Of a DNA stretch of 64,000 nucleotides, positions 29,532 through 40,192 are shown one piece after another. Location of the stretch: contig CAXXIN010000003.1 of assembly GCA_963665275.2 (NCBI GenBank), positions 32,001-96,000 on the forward strand, in the 5' to 3' direction. The notes beneath the pieces were generated by a model. It was not told where the DNA came from. It made no database searches and saw nothing but the letters and a program-made list of their open reading frames with translations. How positions within the stretch are numbered: the stretch's first letter is position 1; every line of letters begins with the position of its first letter. The position numbers and the translations under genes were made by a program. This DNA is from Negativicutes bacterium. GTDB taxonomy: Bacteria; Bacillota; Negativicutes; UBA1444.

Positions 29532-30317
29532 ATGATTATTGACAGCCACGCGCACGTTATGCTGCCCCCCGAAAAACAAATCCAGGGGATGGATAAAGCT
29601 AACGTCGATTTGACCGTTCTTTTCACATCCACTATTCATCCTGAGATTGCAAATAATCTTTCCGAATTGGAAAAAGAGATGAATACTCTATATGACATAT
29701 TGAATGGAACCAAAAACCCTCTAACGGAACGAATTCATGCCATCGAACAGCTCGTTGCAGTTATAAAAGCTGCCCCTGAAAGATATATCGGCTTTGGTTC
29801 CATTCCCTTTGGCTTATCCTATAATGAAAATCTAACTTGGATTGAGAAATACATCCTGGCGAATGACTTTCGGGGAATTGGCGAACTAGCACCTCAATCT
29901 GGGCAAATACCGCAGATGGAAGACCTCTTTCGCGCATCGCAAGAAGCAGGCGGATTGCCCCTATGGGTACATGCGTTTTTTCCGTTGAATTTTGGTGACA
30001 TAAAGGACTTGCTGAATTTAGCTAAACGCTATCCCTCTGTGCCAACAATCATTGGACATTTAGGGGGTATGCATTGGTTAGCAACGTTACAAGAAATTTA
30101 TGCGATTCCCAATATCTATCTGGACTTATCCGCTACTTTTACAACAATGGCGCCGACTTATGCCATCAAAGAATTCCCCACGAGAAGTTTATTCAGCTCG
30201 GATGCTCCCTATTCATCACCATTAGTCGCAAGGTTAGTTCTCGAACAGCTTATTGACGATCCAGGTGTTTTGAGCCAAGTGCTTGGCGGAAATATAGCTG
30301 AACTATTAAAGTTATAA
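29532..30317 (+). CDS. Amidohydrolase family protein
   Basis: IIDSHAH, GIGEL, WVH, GHLGG and LFSSDAPY motifs. Confidence 0.85.
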   Translation: MIIDSHAHVMLPPEKQIQGMDKANVDLTVLFTSTIHPEIANNLSELEKEMNTLYDILNGTKNPLTERIHAIEQLVAVIKAAPERYIGFGSIPFGLSYNENLTWIEKYILANDFRGIGELAPQSGQIPQMEDLFRASQEAGGLPLWVHAFFPLNFGDIKDLLNLAKRYPSVPTIIGHLGGMHWLATLQEIYAIPNIYLDLSATFTTMAPTYAIKEFPTRSLFSSDAPYSSPLVARLVLEQLIDDPGVLSQVLGGNIAELLKL

Positions 30318-30429
30318 CAGTCCAGTTACACCAAACACCAGCAGCTTATCCTTCTCACGCGTCGGCACTCAGACTGCTGTAATTTTTTAAATCGATTATC
30401 AAATCATCGAAATTCAATCACCCAATACA

Positions 30430-30463
30430 AGAGGCTTCCAACTATGAATGGCTGGAAGCCTCT
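30430..30463. repeat. Family A hairpin (A2)
   Basis: agaggcttccaactatgaatggctggaagcctct. Confidence 0.75.
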
Positions 30464-30494
30464 GACTTTGATTATATGTTTTTATGACGTCACT

Positions 30495-30923
30495 TTATTT
30501 TTTGCGTGTCACAATCGCTGCCGCAACAACGGAGTCTTTGTCACCCACATGTCGGTAAATACAGGTCATTTTATTGTTGTTGACAATAGTTCCGTCTGTG
30601 AATCCATCTTGATCGACAAGATAGAAAGATTTGTTGTCCCACCCAATAACTCCCGCCAAGTTTTCAGTTGCGTTCTTGGACGTGAAGGTTCCATAGAAGA
30701 CTCTGCCTTCTTGCTTGGTCACAATGAGTTCTGCAGTTATGGAGTTGGCGCCTTCTCGGAAGTGAGTCCAAGTTCCAGGCGCTTCCCCTTTGCTTACAAA
30801 TGCTCCTTCAGATTGCACTGCCCATGTTCCGACGAGGTTAGGAATGTCCGATTCAGCAAAACAGACGCCTGTACTAAGTAGAATCACCAATAGAAGCACA
30901 CCGAAAATCCTTTTCACAGTCAA
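30495..30923 (-). CDS. Hypothetical secreted protein
   Basis: Signal peptide; IPNLVGTW beta-barrel-like start. Confidence 0.65.
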   Translation of the reverse strand: MTVKRIFGVLLLVILLSTGVCFAESDIPNLVGTWAVQSEGAFVSKGEAPGTWTHFREGANSITAELIVTKQEGRVFYGTFTSKNATENLAGVIGWDNKSFYLVDQDGFTDGTIVNNNKMTCIYRHVGDKDSVVAAAIVTRKK

Positions 30924-31014
30924 TTCCCTCCTACATTATTGATTTATGCCTCAGCCCTGTTGCTAACAAATTACTCTTTCATCTCAATCTTATGAAAAAG
31001 CACATTGTTTACAG

Positions 31015-31473
31015 TCAATCCAAAGCCAATCCCCTAGGTTTCGTAACCATTCTGTTATTGTCCTTTAGCATATTTCTCTGCGCGTTTAATGACGTCACCA
31101 ATAACCCCTTCTCCAGCATAGATGATAATTGATCTTGGTTCATTTCCAGCATCTTCGTGTGAATTGATAGTATCAGTTGTTCCTTCGTTTCCTGCGTCGT
31201 CTGGGTTTTTAGAAAACTTTGAGCCGTTGTCTTCATTTGGTCCGGAGTCATCACCATCAGCAGTTGATCTATTGATCTAATATACATCATTAGAATCATC
31301 TGGTCTTTGAAAGCTGTTGTTATTTCAGCTTCATTGGTAAGCATCTGTTCTCCCTTGATCAAATCGTTCATTGTTTTATCACCGCGTGAAACGACAATAG
31401 AAGAAGCAAATACCGTGCTCAAACTTGTCACCACCATCAGACAAACAAGAATAACTGTGAGTCGCTTTAACAT
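31015..31473 (-). CDS. Secreted Met/Gln-rich helical protein (paralog 1)
   Basis: GGAGG RBS; signal peptide; close paralog of 47453-47917. Confidence 0.75.
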   Translation of the reverse strand: MLKRLTVILVCLMVVTSLSTVFASSIVVSRGDKTMNDLIKGEQMLTNEAEITTAFKDQMILMMYIRSIDQLLMVMTPDQMKTTAQSFLKTQTTQETKEQLILSIHTKMLEMNQDQLSSMLEKGLLVTSLNAQRNMLKDNNRMVTKPRGLALD

Positions 31474-31489
31474 TAATAACACTCCTCCG

Positions 31490-32599
31490 TTATAAATTCC
31501 CTCCGTTAGCATTCCAATCACTCATAAATGTTTTATATATCGAAGCCATAATGGGTTGCTCTTTAATGACGATCCCAGTTTCCCGATTTTTATCGAGCGA
31601 TGTGGTTGAAAAATTTATTGACCCAATATATGCTGCCGCTGTTGCAGGAACACGAATTGGATTATTATAATCGACCAGAATCATTTTTGCGTGTACATAA
31701 AGTTTGTTCGCAGCCTGAGAAGGCACTTCGATATAGCGTCCGCCTGCTTGTTTTATTTGATTCAACCCTGCCAAGTTTCCATCGGTACCATTTGATCCGG
31801 ACAGTTGGGGCGCAATAATGCGCACATCCAGCTTAGGATTTGCCTTTATGGCATTACAAATCACATTGATCATGGCTTGGTCTTCCACGAGTTCCTGATA
31901 AATGAATATGCTACTTTTAGCGCTTTGAATCAGAGCGCTAAGTTTCGTGCGGGAATTTCCCTGGTTATAATTACTCCAGGCTAATTCCGGGGTGGTTAAT
32001 TGATTGCCAGGGAATGCAGTGCCATTTTGATTATAGTTGTTGTCAATGAAATCAGCCGCTGCAACCTTTGCCACTTCATTCACTTCGGCTGGAATGGTTG
32101 TAAAAATTCCAAAGTCACGAGTGCCGCTGAAATAGTTGGCAAGAAAATTAAAGCTGCAAATGAAAGCTGCTTTCCCATCAATGACAATTCCTTTTTGGTG
32201 CGTGACCTCATATACATTACTGGCGGGATGAGTTTGAATATTGCTTGATTGCTGAGTTAACGATTGCATGAAACTTGTAACAGTTTGTTGTTTTCCACTG
32301 GTGCTTGCAAAGGAACTATAATTGTAAGTAATATCAACCTTTACGCCTCTTTGCGCTGCAGCTAGAATAGCTCCGTATAACGGGGTTGAATTATCGAATT
32401 CATAAATGGTAATAGCAATAGTGCTTTGTGCTGAATTGATTTGATTAACCAAAAATGTTGTGCCATCATCTGGCTCAGTAATTAAAGTGTGCCCGTTGAT
32501 AGGACCGATAGTGGCGCTGGCAATGGGAGTCGCGATTACCGAAATGGCAAAAATAAAGGTAATCAGAATAACCGCTTGCATTGCTTTCCTCATATTCAT
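31490..32599 (-). CDS. Secreted phospholipase D-family protein (two HKD motifs)
   Basis: THQKGIVID and VHAKMILVD...GSINFS; signal peptide. Confidence 0.85.
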   Translation of the reverse strand: MNMRKAMQAVILITFIFAISVIATPIASATIGPINGHTLITEPDDGTTFLVNQINSAQSTIAITIYEFDNSTPLYGAILAAAQRGVKVDITYNYSSFASTSGKQQTVTSFMQSLTQQSSNIQTHPASNVYEVTHQKGIVIDGKAAFICSFNFLANYFSGTRDFGIFTTIPAEVNEVAKVAAADFIDNNYNQNGTAFPGNQLTTPELAWSNYNQGNSRTKLSALIQSAKSSIFIYQELVEDQAMINVICNAIKANPKLDVRIIAPQLSGSNGTDGNLAGLNQIKQAGGRYIEVPSQAANKLYVHAKMILVDYNNPIRVPATAAAYIGSINFSTTSLDKNRETGIVIKEQPIMASIYKTFMSDWNANGGNL

Positions 32600-32942
32600 C
32601 TCTCCTTCTTTTGCTTTACTTCAGTATGTCGACTAATCCACAGTTCATCAGGATAAGCCCTTCTTTGTCCATATTATACGGTTTCCGGTTTGTTTAAAAT
32701 ACAAAAAGGAAAACTAGCAAGTTTTCGAGTAAAATTGGCGGGTTCCTATTGCCGATGGGACATCCCCCCTCTCGGCTCAATGGAATATGAAGCATATTGC
32801 TTCACGCGGAGCCCAAACGATGATTTCTCTTAATTTCGTGCATTAGCGACGAAATGCACCTATGTCAGGCGATGCTTTTTGCTCGACATTCTCTTACAAG
32901 GAAATCCAATTGGGGGAACTGCATTGCCCTTTCTAAACATCG

Positions 32943-33686
32943 CTAATTTTTCGTAAGTGGAAGCAATTTTGTAAGAGGCGTTAATAGATCTATTAATTCA
33001 TTATTTCCTGATTTTATTGCTAAATCCAGCGGTTTTTCCGCTATTAAATTGGCTTGATTTGGGTTTGCGCCATTTGCTAATAAAATTTTAACGCTTTCTA
33101 ATTTGCCTCGTTCACAGGCTTCTAGCAACGGAGTATTTCCCATACTATCTGCTTTATTTACGTTCGCACCTTTTTCGATTAATAATTTTAATATATCTAA
33201 ATCAATAAGTTTATCTGATCGTACTGCCCAAAAAGCAATAGTGACTCCATGAATATCATAAATTTTATGGTCTTTTAGAATTTCTCCATCGAAGCTTAAA
33301 TTGGGATCTGCTCCAGCATTAAGTAACATTTTAATTATATCCAAGCGTCTTTCACTAAATGCCCATGCAAGAGCGGACGGATAAGTACCGTTACCCTCTG
33401 CTTTGAAATTAACATCAACACCATTATCAATAAAACATTGAACAATAGCAGTGGATTTAGAGTTCCGTATGGCTCTGGTGAATGGTGCATCAGAGCGACT
33501 TTGTAAATAATTAGGATCGGCTCCCATAACAAAGGCTTGTTTTACTTGCTCCAAGTCATCATTTTTTACAGCGTTTAGAAGAAGTTGGCTGGCGGTTTCG
33601 TTGTAGTCTTTAGCTGAAACTGATGCTTGTCCTACTCCAATTCCAGCCAAACAAAGCATTATCATCACTAATAGCAGTTTTTTCAC
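32943..33686 (-). CDS. Secreted ankyrin-repeat protein
   Basis: GADPN, GVDVN and GANVNKAD..GNTPL repeats; signal peptide. Confidence 0.88.
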   Translation of the reverse strand: MKKLLLVMIMLCLAGIGVGQASVSAKDYNETASQLLLNAVKNDDLEQVKQAFVMGADPNYLQSRSDAPFTRAIRNSKSTAIVQCFIDNGVDVNFKAEGNGTYPSALAWAFSERRLDIIKMLLNAGADPNLSFDGEILKDHKIYDIHGVTIAFWAVRSDKLIDLDILKLLIEKGANVNKADSMGNTPLLEACERGKLESVKILLANGANPNQANLIAEKPLDLAIKSGNNELIDLLTPLTKLLPLTKN

Positions 33687-34269
33687 AAATACGACTCCTC
33701 TTTTTTACAGACTCCATTTTTACTACTTCTCTGTTAAAATTATTAAACCTTCATTAGTTGGTTACGTACTCCATTCCCAAATTATTCACACCAGCTGAGC
33801 CAAGCGAGCAAATATTACGGAATTATCTCACAGACCAAGGCTTCCTGGATGACAAAACAGCCTCTCATTCTCCTGAAAATTTTCTTATTCAGTTTTCTTG
33901 TTGTGCCCAACTGCCCCAATTTAATCTGGAAACACATAGGGCTTCCGCTGCAATTGCCGCCTCTGCAATGTCTTTCTCAGAAAAGGGGCAGTCCCGAATA
34001 TTATCTCAGCTTGGCATTTGCGCCCGCTCGGTTTAATTTGATAAAAAATCAGCGTTGGTTATGTTATCGGTGATCCGGTTAAGGCAGTGATAGAGAAATT
34101 ACTAACACCTGTGACGAGTTGCTGGATGAACTTGCGCTTAATTGACAGGCTCAAGTCAATTCGCTAGTATTGATGCATGGCTAAAGAATCATTTCACGAT
34201 CGCCATTTGGATCGCCAAACTTAAATGCGTTATCATTAATCACCCACAGAAAGGGTTGAAATCTTTAGT

Positions 34270-34920
34270 ATGATTAGTAATGAATCATATGGACCCTGTC
34301 CGAATACTCCCCACCCGATGCCAGGGCATCCTCGAGTATGTTACATAAAAAATGTCGTCAAAAACCCTAACATCATAATTGGTGACTATACCTATTATGA
34401 TGATCCGCAAAATCCCGAAGGATTTGAAAAAAACGTCTTGTATCACTACGATTTCATTGGAGACAAACTAATCATCGGGAAATTTTGTGCCATAGCCGCT
34501 GGCGTCAACTTTATCATGAACGGCGCCAATCATAAAATGGAGGCTTTGACAACATATCCATTTGGTATATTTGGCTCAGGATGGGAAGCAGGGCGACCTG
34601 CGTTGACCAACCTACCAATCAAAGGAGATACAGTAATCGGCAACGATTTTTGGCTTGGTTATGAATCAGTTGTGATACCAGGTGTCAGAATTGGCGATGG
34701 AGCAATTATCGCTGCAAAATCGATTGTAACAAAAGATGTGCCCCCATACACAATTGTTGGTGGCAATCCTGCCAAGATCATCAAACAAAGATTTGACGAT
34801 CAAGTTGTAGCAAAGTGATTAGCTGTAAAATGGTGGGATTGGTCTGTCGAAAAAATTACTCACAATATACCTTTCTTGGCTAGCAATGACATTGAACAAC
34901 TTATAAAAATGAAAGAATAG
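34270..34920 (+). pseudogene. Vat/CatB-like O-acetyltransferase with premature stop
   Basis: Near copy of 45610-46260; TTA>TGA at 34816-34818, and homology continues to the true stop at 34920. Confidence 0.85.
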
Positions 34921-34956
34921 GTTGACCAAACAATCAAAATAATCCCCCAATAGCAA

Positions 34957-34990
34957 AGGGCTCCTCGGACGAAAATCTGAAAAGCCTTTT
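34957..34990. terminator. Family B hairpin (degenerate)
   Basis: agggctcctcgga-cgaaaa-tctgaaaagcctttt; copy of 46294. Confidence 0.65.
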
Positions 34991-35010
34991 ACCTTCTATG
35001 CATATGGGCA

Positions 35011-35109
35011 TTATTTCAACAAAGATTCAGCCAAATTCATTTTATAAATCGATAAAGCTCAAACTTGGATTATCGGCATCATTGGAATTAACGCGAATAA
35101 GCATTTCAT
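35011..35109 (-). pseudogene. Internally deleted remnant of the choloylglycine hydrolase gene
   Basis: Matches the 3' end (46351-46480) and the start region (47408-47424) of the intact gene, joined within about 100 bp. Confidence 0.65.
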
Positions 35110-35328
35110 ATTACCCTTCCCTCGTAATATTTTCTCAATGCATTGACTCCGTCTCATATTCCAATAGCACATTGTTTCAACGGTATGGTTGTTCCTCTTT
35201 GGTTCAGTATTTTGGGTTTTATCTTGCCCGGTTGATCGCGTTCATGCTTTGGCGAGAAATGAAACAAACATAATAAATTCTTATGCATTTATATCGTACT
35301 TTAATTCTATCGCAGGAGGCTTCAAACA

Positions 35329-36021
35329 ATGATCGGAATTCTTGCTGGCATGGGACCGAAATCAACAGCCCCGTTTGTAGATAAAGTAGTTCAACTCTGT
35401 CAAGAAAAGTATGCCGCAAAATATGATATTGATTTTCCTCCAATGATGATCTATTCATGCCCTACTCCTTTTTATATAGACCGTCCATTGGATCATGAGG
35501 CTTTGGAATTTGCTATTATCAGCGGTGCCCAAAAAATCGCCTCCACAGGAGTTGATTTTATTGCTATTCCATGCAATACTGCTCATCGCTATTTTGAAAA
35601 CATTAAAAAATCCGTAGATACCCCCCTCTTGAACATGGTTGAGGAAGCGATAAAACACATCCCTCGCAACAAAGGGCGGGTTGCCCTCCTGTCCACTCCC
35701 TCAACCCTTGAGTCAGGAATCTATCAAGACGGACTAGCAACACTAGGGTGTCAGTTCGTATGGCAAGAATCTTGGCAACATCTGGTCAATCAAGTGATCT
35801 CGGGAGTGAAAGAACCTAACGGATTGGATCAAGCCCATTCAAATTGGCAGGAATTGCTTAACGAACTTGGAGAGCAAGCCGATTCACTGATATTAGCTTG
35901 CACCGATTTAAATATTGTTGCAGCTCATCACCCCACTGATATTCCAATAATTGATGCCGGCCTTTGCCTTGCAAGTGCAGTCGTGAATCGCTATTATGAA
36001 GGTCTTAAAAAAGAACAATAA
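35329..36021 (+). CDS. Aspartate/amino-acid racemase
   Basis: IGILAGMGP.ST, IPCNTAH and ILACTDL motifs. Confidence 0.88.
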   Translation: MIGILAGMGPKSTAPFVDKVVQLCQEKYAAKYDIDFPPMMIYSCPTPFYIDRPLDHEALEFAIISGAQKIASTGVDFIAIPCNTAHRYFENIKKSVDTPLLNMVEEAIKHIPRNKGRVALLSTPSTLESGIYQDGLATLGCQFVWQESWQHLVNQVISGVKEPNGLDQAHSNWQELLNELGEQADSLILACTDLNIVAAHHPTDIPIIDAGLCLASAVVNRYYEGLKKEQ

Positions 36022-36162
36022 TGTTCGCGTTTTTAGAATGACTTTCTCAAATCGCTCTCACTGCCAACCATCATCAAGAATAATCTTATTCATTGCCACC
36101 CAGACTGGCACTCGCTCACCAAACTGATCACCAACACCCCAAAAACTCTATCATCCAACACA

Positions 36163-36196
36163 AAAAGCTTCCGACCACGAGTGGCTGGAAGCTTTT
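36163..36196. repeat. Family A hairpin (A3)
   Basis: aaaagcttccgaccacgagtggctggaagctttt. Confidence 0.75.
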
Positions 36197-36199
36197 AAA

Positions 36200-36384
36200 A
36201 TTTGAAATGAATCCAAGATGAGAATTCTTTTCTCTTCCGGAGAGTTTGCAGCTTCTGCATAACTATAATGACCACTTATCAAGAAAACAGTTAGCGCAAG
36301 AATAATAAAGTTTGAAAATATATCATTTGTCTTTTTGCCAGGTTGCCGCAACATTTTCTTCAACCTCTTCTTATAAACGCACAT
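36200..36384 (-). pseudogene. 5' fragment of a signal/TM protein with an ABC substrate-binding-like sensor domain
   Basis: TM helix then AANSPEEKRILILDSF, similar to the K.VLILNSY start of such domains; runs into hairpin A3. Confidence 0.45.
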
Positions 36385-36456
36385 TCCATAACAACAACGA
36401 GTAAAAAGCTCAAAGGAATTATTCAGCTATAAATATTTTGCGGATTCGCAATTTGC

Positions 36457-36849
36457 CTATTTATTGATTAAGTCCGTGCCATATGAATTATCAATCGCGC
36501 AGAGCCATTTACCTTGTGCATCTTTCCTAAATACATAGGTTGCCCTTCTATCCATTGAATACTCCGAATCCTTTTTGTTGTTTGCTTCAAGAAGCGTTTG
36601 AGAAAGAACCAATGCGATATCTCCAGCTTCCAAAATTATCATTTCCCCTTGTGTTGGCACAATGCTATTATTGAAATATTTGGAAATTGCAATAAATGCT
36701 TTTTTGATTTCCTCTTTTCCACGCGCTATCATTTCAGGCTTTACAACCAAGATCGCATCATCAGTATAGTAATTCATCAATGTATCGAAGTCTTCTTGTT
36801 TGATTGCGCGGTCACATTTTTTGATAAACTCTTTTAGCTCGTGTTCCAT
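36457..36849 (-). CDS. SnoaL/DUF4440 (YybH-like) NTF2-fold protein
   Basis: [13 protein letters not shown]...ARGKEEI...ATYVFRK...GKWLCAIDN. Confidence 0.85.
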   Translation of the reverse strand: MEHELKEFIKKCDRAIKQEDFDTLMNYYTDDAILVVKPEMIARGKEEIKKAFIAISKYFNNSIVPTQGEMIILEAGDIALVLSQTLLEANNKKDSEYSMDRRATYVFRKDAQGKWLCAIDNSYGTDLINK

Positions 36850-36981
36850 TCTATTTCCCTCCGATAATCAATTTTAGGCTATAGCCTGTGTTTCGGATAG
36901 GCACTGGACTTGAAAAAGTCGAGTCATGTTATTTTTTTGTCGTTGTCTATAACAAAAAAGCTAATGTGCCACGGCTACCAT

Positions 36982-37407
36982 TTACTCAATAAATCTTTTT
37001 TCACGCATACTCGATTCATTATTAAATTTTGCCATTCCAGTAATCATTTTACTATAGCCGAGTTTACAATAGAATTCTTCTTTTCCAGGGCTTGCATACA
37101 AAATGACATTGAATCCCTGCAAATTCCTGTGAAGCTCATCGACAATCAATTTGCCAAGTTTTTTACCTTGATATGCTGGCAATACAGCAATATCATAAAT
37201 TGCCGCTTGATAAGCACCGTCAGAAATCGCTCTACCAGCTCCCACAAGCAAAGCATTATCAAAGACAAATGCTACACAATAACTGTTTGTAAAAGCCTTT
37301 TTGATTAACGCGACAGTCCGGGTTGCTAATCCGGCTTCCTTCAATAAACAGCAAACTGTATCCCAATTAACATTCTCACAATTATTTTGAACACGGTATT
37401 GCATCAA
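36982..37407 (-). CDS. GNAT N-acetyltransferase
   Basis: GAGRAISDG...IYDIAVLPAYQGKKLG. Confidence 0.88.
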   Translation of the reverse strand: MMQYRVQNNCENVNWDTVCCLLKEAGLATRTVALIKKAFTNSYCVAFVFDNALLVGAGRAISDGAYQAAIYDIAVLPAYQGKKLGKLIVDELHRNLQGFNVILYASPGKEEFYCKLGYSKMITGMAKFNNESSMREKRFIE

Positions 37408-37602
37408 ATTCTCTCCTTTACATATAGCGCCAGTAAATAGTTATTAACTCTTTACTGCAAAGGCACCTGCAATTTCTAATAATTGTATGTTGCCCCTCTG
37501 CCCCCTACTGATTCATCAACAATAAAAGCCAAGGCACCTTGTGATGAAGGCGCCTTGATTGGTTAATAATAATTTAAAAACTGTGAAGCTAAAAAAACGT
37601 CA

Positions 37603-37809
37603 TTAATTCTTGTTTAGAAGAATCAGCCCTATGGCGCAAAATACAACTCCCAGTGTTCTATTAAGAGCAAATCCCTCTTGGTAAAATAGAATACCTACTG
37701 GAATAAGCATAATGGCAAGCAGAATATTTGCAACTAAAGACCCTACACTTATATCCCATCCTGCCCTATACGCCATCAGCGTCCCAAACTCAAGTCCAAC
37801 AATTGCGAT
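37603..37809 (-). pseudogene. 3' half copy of the EamA gene at 40463-40900
   Basis: Near-identical to 40463-40668, including the downstream family C hairpin (37524-37560); 5' half missing. Confidence 0.85.
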
Positions 37810-37830
37810 ACTTCTCGCGCACAAAACATA

Positions 37831-37860
37831 AGGCTTCCAACCGCAAATGGCTGGAAGACT
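37831..37860. repeat. Family A hairpin (A4)
   Basis: aggcttccaaccgcaaatggctggaagact. Confidence 0.7.
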
Positions 37861-37928
37861 GTCCTCAATCTTAAACTGATGCAGTTCTCATATTAAAATC
37901 AAACAAATCAATTACCAACCTCACAACT

Positions 37929-38306
37929 TTATTTATAGTCAATTGCGCCGCCTGCATTATTATAATAGTATGTAAGTTCAGCGATTACTTTTAAGTTGTA
38001 CTTTTTCTTTGTCCAGTTCCACACTTTCCCGCTGCTGTCCTTGATTCGAAAGTTCCACCACGTGACATTATTTGAATTATCAAAAGTGATGTCTATGCTT
38101 TCGCCTTTTCCTAAGGATGTTCCTGCCAAAACGTTTTCTTCCCAATTATCACTATCAGCCGGTGCTACCCAAAAACCTACAATCGCGTAGGGCGAATTAT
38201 TCACCAAAGTAAAATCTTGGCTCCCAGCCAATCCCACGCCTGGCAATGCCACAATCATCATCATTAATAGCAATCCGGCTAACAACCTTATTTTCAATAA
38301 GCTCAA
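37929..38306 (-). CDS. Hypothetical secreted protein
   Basis: Signal peptide; QDFTLVNNS...VAPADSDNWEENVL motif; GGGAGG RBS. Confidence 0.7.
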   Translation of the reverse strand: MSLLKIRLLAGLLLMMMIVALPGVGLAGSQDFTLVNNSPYAIVGFWVAPADSDNWEENVLAGTSLGKGESIDITFDNSNNVTWWNFRIKDSSGKVWNWTKKKYNLKVIAELTYYYNNAGGAIDYK

Positions 38307-38618
38307 AATACAATCCTCCCTTAATGTTTTGATCATTGACTTCGTTAGGTTTGATTGGATTCTTCTATGACAACTGTGCCTCAAAAGCAATAAGGGTATA
38401 TCACCTCCACAAGCTGTGCAATTTAATGAACAATTAGCTATTTTCAATTATGTACTTCTCCATTTATATGCAAATTTTCCTGCAATGAGAAGAATTTTTT
38501 GTTCAAATCGCATAATTTTCACCAATCCTATTCAGGCTCAATATAATTGCCTTTGAACACAACGTTCATTCCGCCATCATATGTACATCTTTCCGTCTGT
38601 TGCACGAGGATTTGATGC

Positions 38619-39119
38619 TCAAGTTTTCCTTCGTGCCAGTTCGTTTTTATACAAACCTCTGTACCAATATATTGGCAATGCAAAAACGAAGATCAAAGAT
38701 GCCGTATCGATTACTGCAACTAGAACGGACCTTGTGCGACCAGTTCTTATAAGAAGTTCAAGGGTAAAGGAAATCAGTGTAATAGAAATCCCCGTGACAG
38801 TTATCCATTTCCAAAAGTATTTAACTCTCACGAAGCAAGTAACCGTTATAATGGATAGAATCCCAAAGCCACCCACTCCATCAGCTGAAAGCAGCAGTGC
38901 ATAAAATAGACAAACGGGTTTGGAAAATATCCATTGCAGATTCCTTAACCACATAGCCCCTCCAAGTCTAGTATGGGGGTACGTCGCCAAAAACCATTCC
39001 TTCACAAATCCATATGTTATCAACAAGGTCAGGATGACAAGTCCTTCTTTAACCCATGGTTTCATTTTCCTTAGAAGTTCGGTTGTCCCCAATGCTATTT
39101 TCCACTTGGTTATCGTCAT
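38619..39119 (-). CDS. Hypothetical membrane protein
   Basis: About 4 hydrophobic segments; GGAGG RBS. Confidence 0.6.
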   Translation of the reverse strand: MTITKWKIALGTTELLRKMKPWVKEGLVILTLLITYGFVKEWFLATYPHTRLGGAMWLRNLQWIFSKPVCLFYALLLSADGVGGFGILSIITVTCFVRVKYFWKWITVTGISITLISFTLELLIRTGRTRSVLVAVIDTASLIFVFALPIYWYRGLYKNELARRKT

Positions 39120-39446
39120 GCCTTTCCTCCGAGTTTATGTAGTCATTCACGAACAGTCGGTACAGACCTTATATTACTAATATTGAGTCCATTTACATTC
39201 CATTAAAACTCTTCGGATGCTCCGTAGCGCATTGAATTGTTCGGTACGGGTATTGTTAATGGTCTGGTTGTGATGAAATTAGTTTAACAAACCGACTCCA
39301 TCACTAAGCTTTTGCCTTGAGTCTTTTTTCATATATCTATTACCCTTCCTCATTTTCCTTTTTCTTCCTTGAGTCTATAGTCCTATTTCAATGGACTAAA
39401 TGGCTCAACCTGTCACTGTCCAAGGAATATTGCCCTCGGACATAAG

Positions 39447-39480
39447 AAAGACTCTTCGGAATTACATCCAAAGAGCCTTT
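39447..39480. terminator. Family B hairpin
   Basis: aaagactcttcgga-attaca-tccaaagagccttt. Confidence 0.65.
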
Positions 39481-39508
39481 TTTTGAGCAGCGCGTACCAC
39501 AGTTCGAC

Positions 39509-40192
39509 CTATTCTTTCAGAGCCGCCCATTTTGATAAATCTTTTACACCATATCGTTTTTCAGCTGAGCTCATTTTGGCGAAGACCTCATTGAAATACT
39601 TCACATCTCCTTCTCGACCCTTTTCTCCCGTTATCTGAACCCAAGACTTAATAACCCAAACATCTCCTTCTTTAATCAATTCGACATTTGACATATAAGG
39701 GGCAAGATTCTTGCCAATGGTATTGGGTATGTTCATGTCGGCGGTGTATAGAATTAAACCCATAAGCGTGTTGCCCTTTTGGGAGACATGCTCCATCCCT
39801 TGGAGAGTATAGCTATTGATAGAAGACAATCTGGTCGAAAGCTCGGATTCTGAAATACTTCTCATCCCCAAATGCAATTTTTTCATGCTTTGGAAGTCTT
39901 TTGTATTGATTGCAGAAAAGAATGGAAGGAGTCCACGAACCATCTCTTTTTCCGCTGGTTGGATTAAAGTAGTGTTTCGGGGTGATGATGTTTGCTCGGA
40001 AACTTGATTTTGGGATGTTATTTTTGATGGTATACTGCTGTTTTCTGAGGACGATAACAACATTTTGGGTTGACCGAGACCATTTGTAGTTCCGATTGAA
40101 GGTTTTAATATTAGAAACGAGAGTGTGCCTATAGTTATGGCAAGTATAGCTATAATACCAATTATCACTTTTCTTCCTGTAATCGATATCAT
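39509..40192 (-). CDS. Hypothetical membrane-anchored protein
   Basis: N-terminal TM, S/T-rich linker, NTF2-like C-terminal pattern. Confidence 0.65.
   Translation of the reverse strand: MISITGRKVIIGIIAILAITIGTLSFLILKPSIGTTNGLGQPKMLLSSSENSSIPSKITSQNQVSEQTSSPRNTTLIQPAEKEMVRGLLPFFSAINTKDFQSMKKLHLGMRSISESELSTRLSSINSYTLQGMEHVSQKGNTLMGLILYTADMNIPNTIGKNLAPYMSNVELIKEGDVWVIKSWVQITGEKGREGDVKYFNEVFAKMSSAEKRYGVKDLSKWAALKE

Noticed and set aside
33758-34140. Possible decayed gene between the ankyrin and vat genes
   Set aside because: No recognisable family motif or RBS; cannot be supported without a search
34816-34818. In-frame TGA in the vat copy as a selenocysteine codon (tRNA-Sec is nearby)
   Set aside because: The intact paralog has TTA (Leu), not Cys, and I see no obvious SECIS-like hairpin downstream; a simple nonsense mutation fits better
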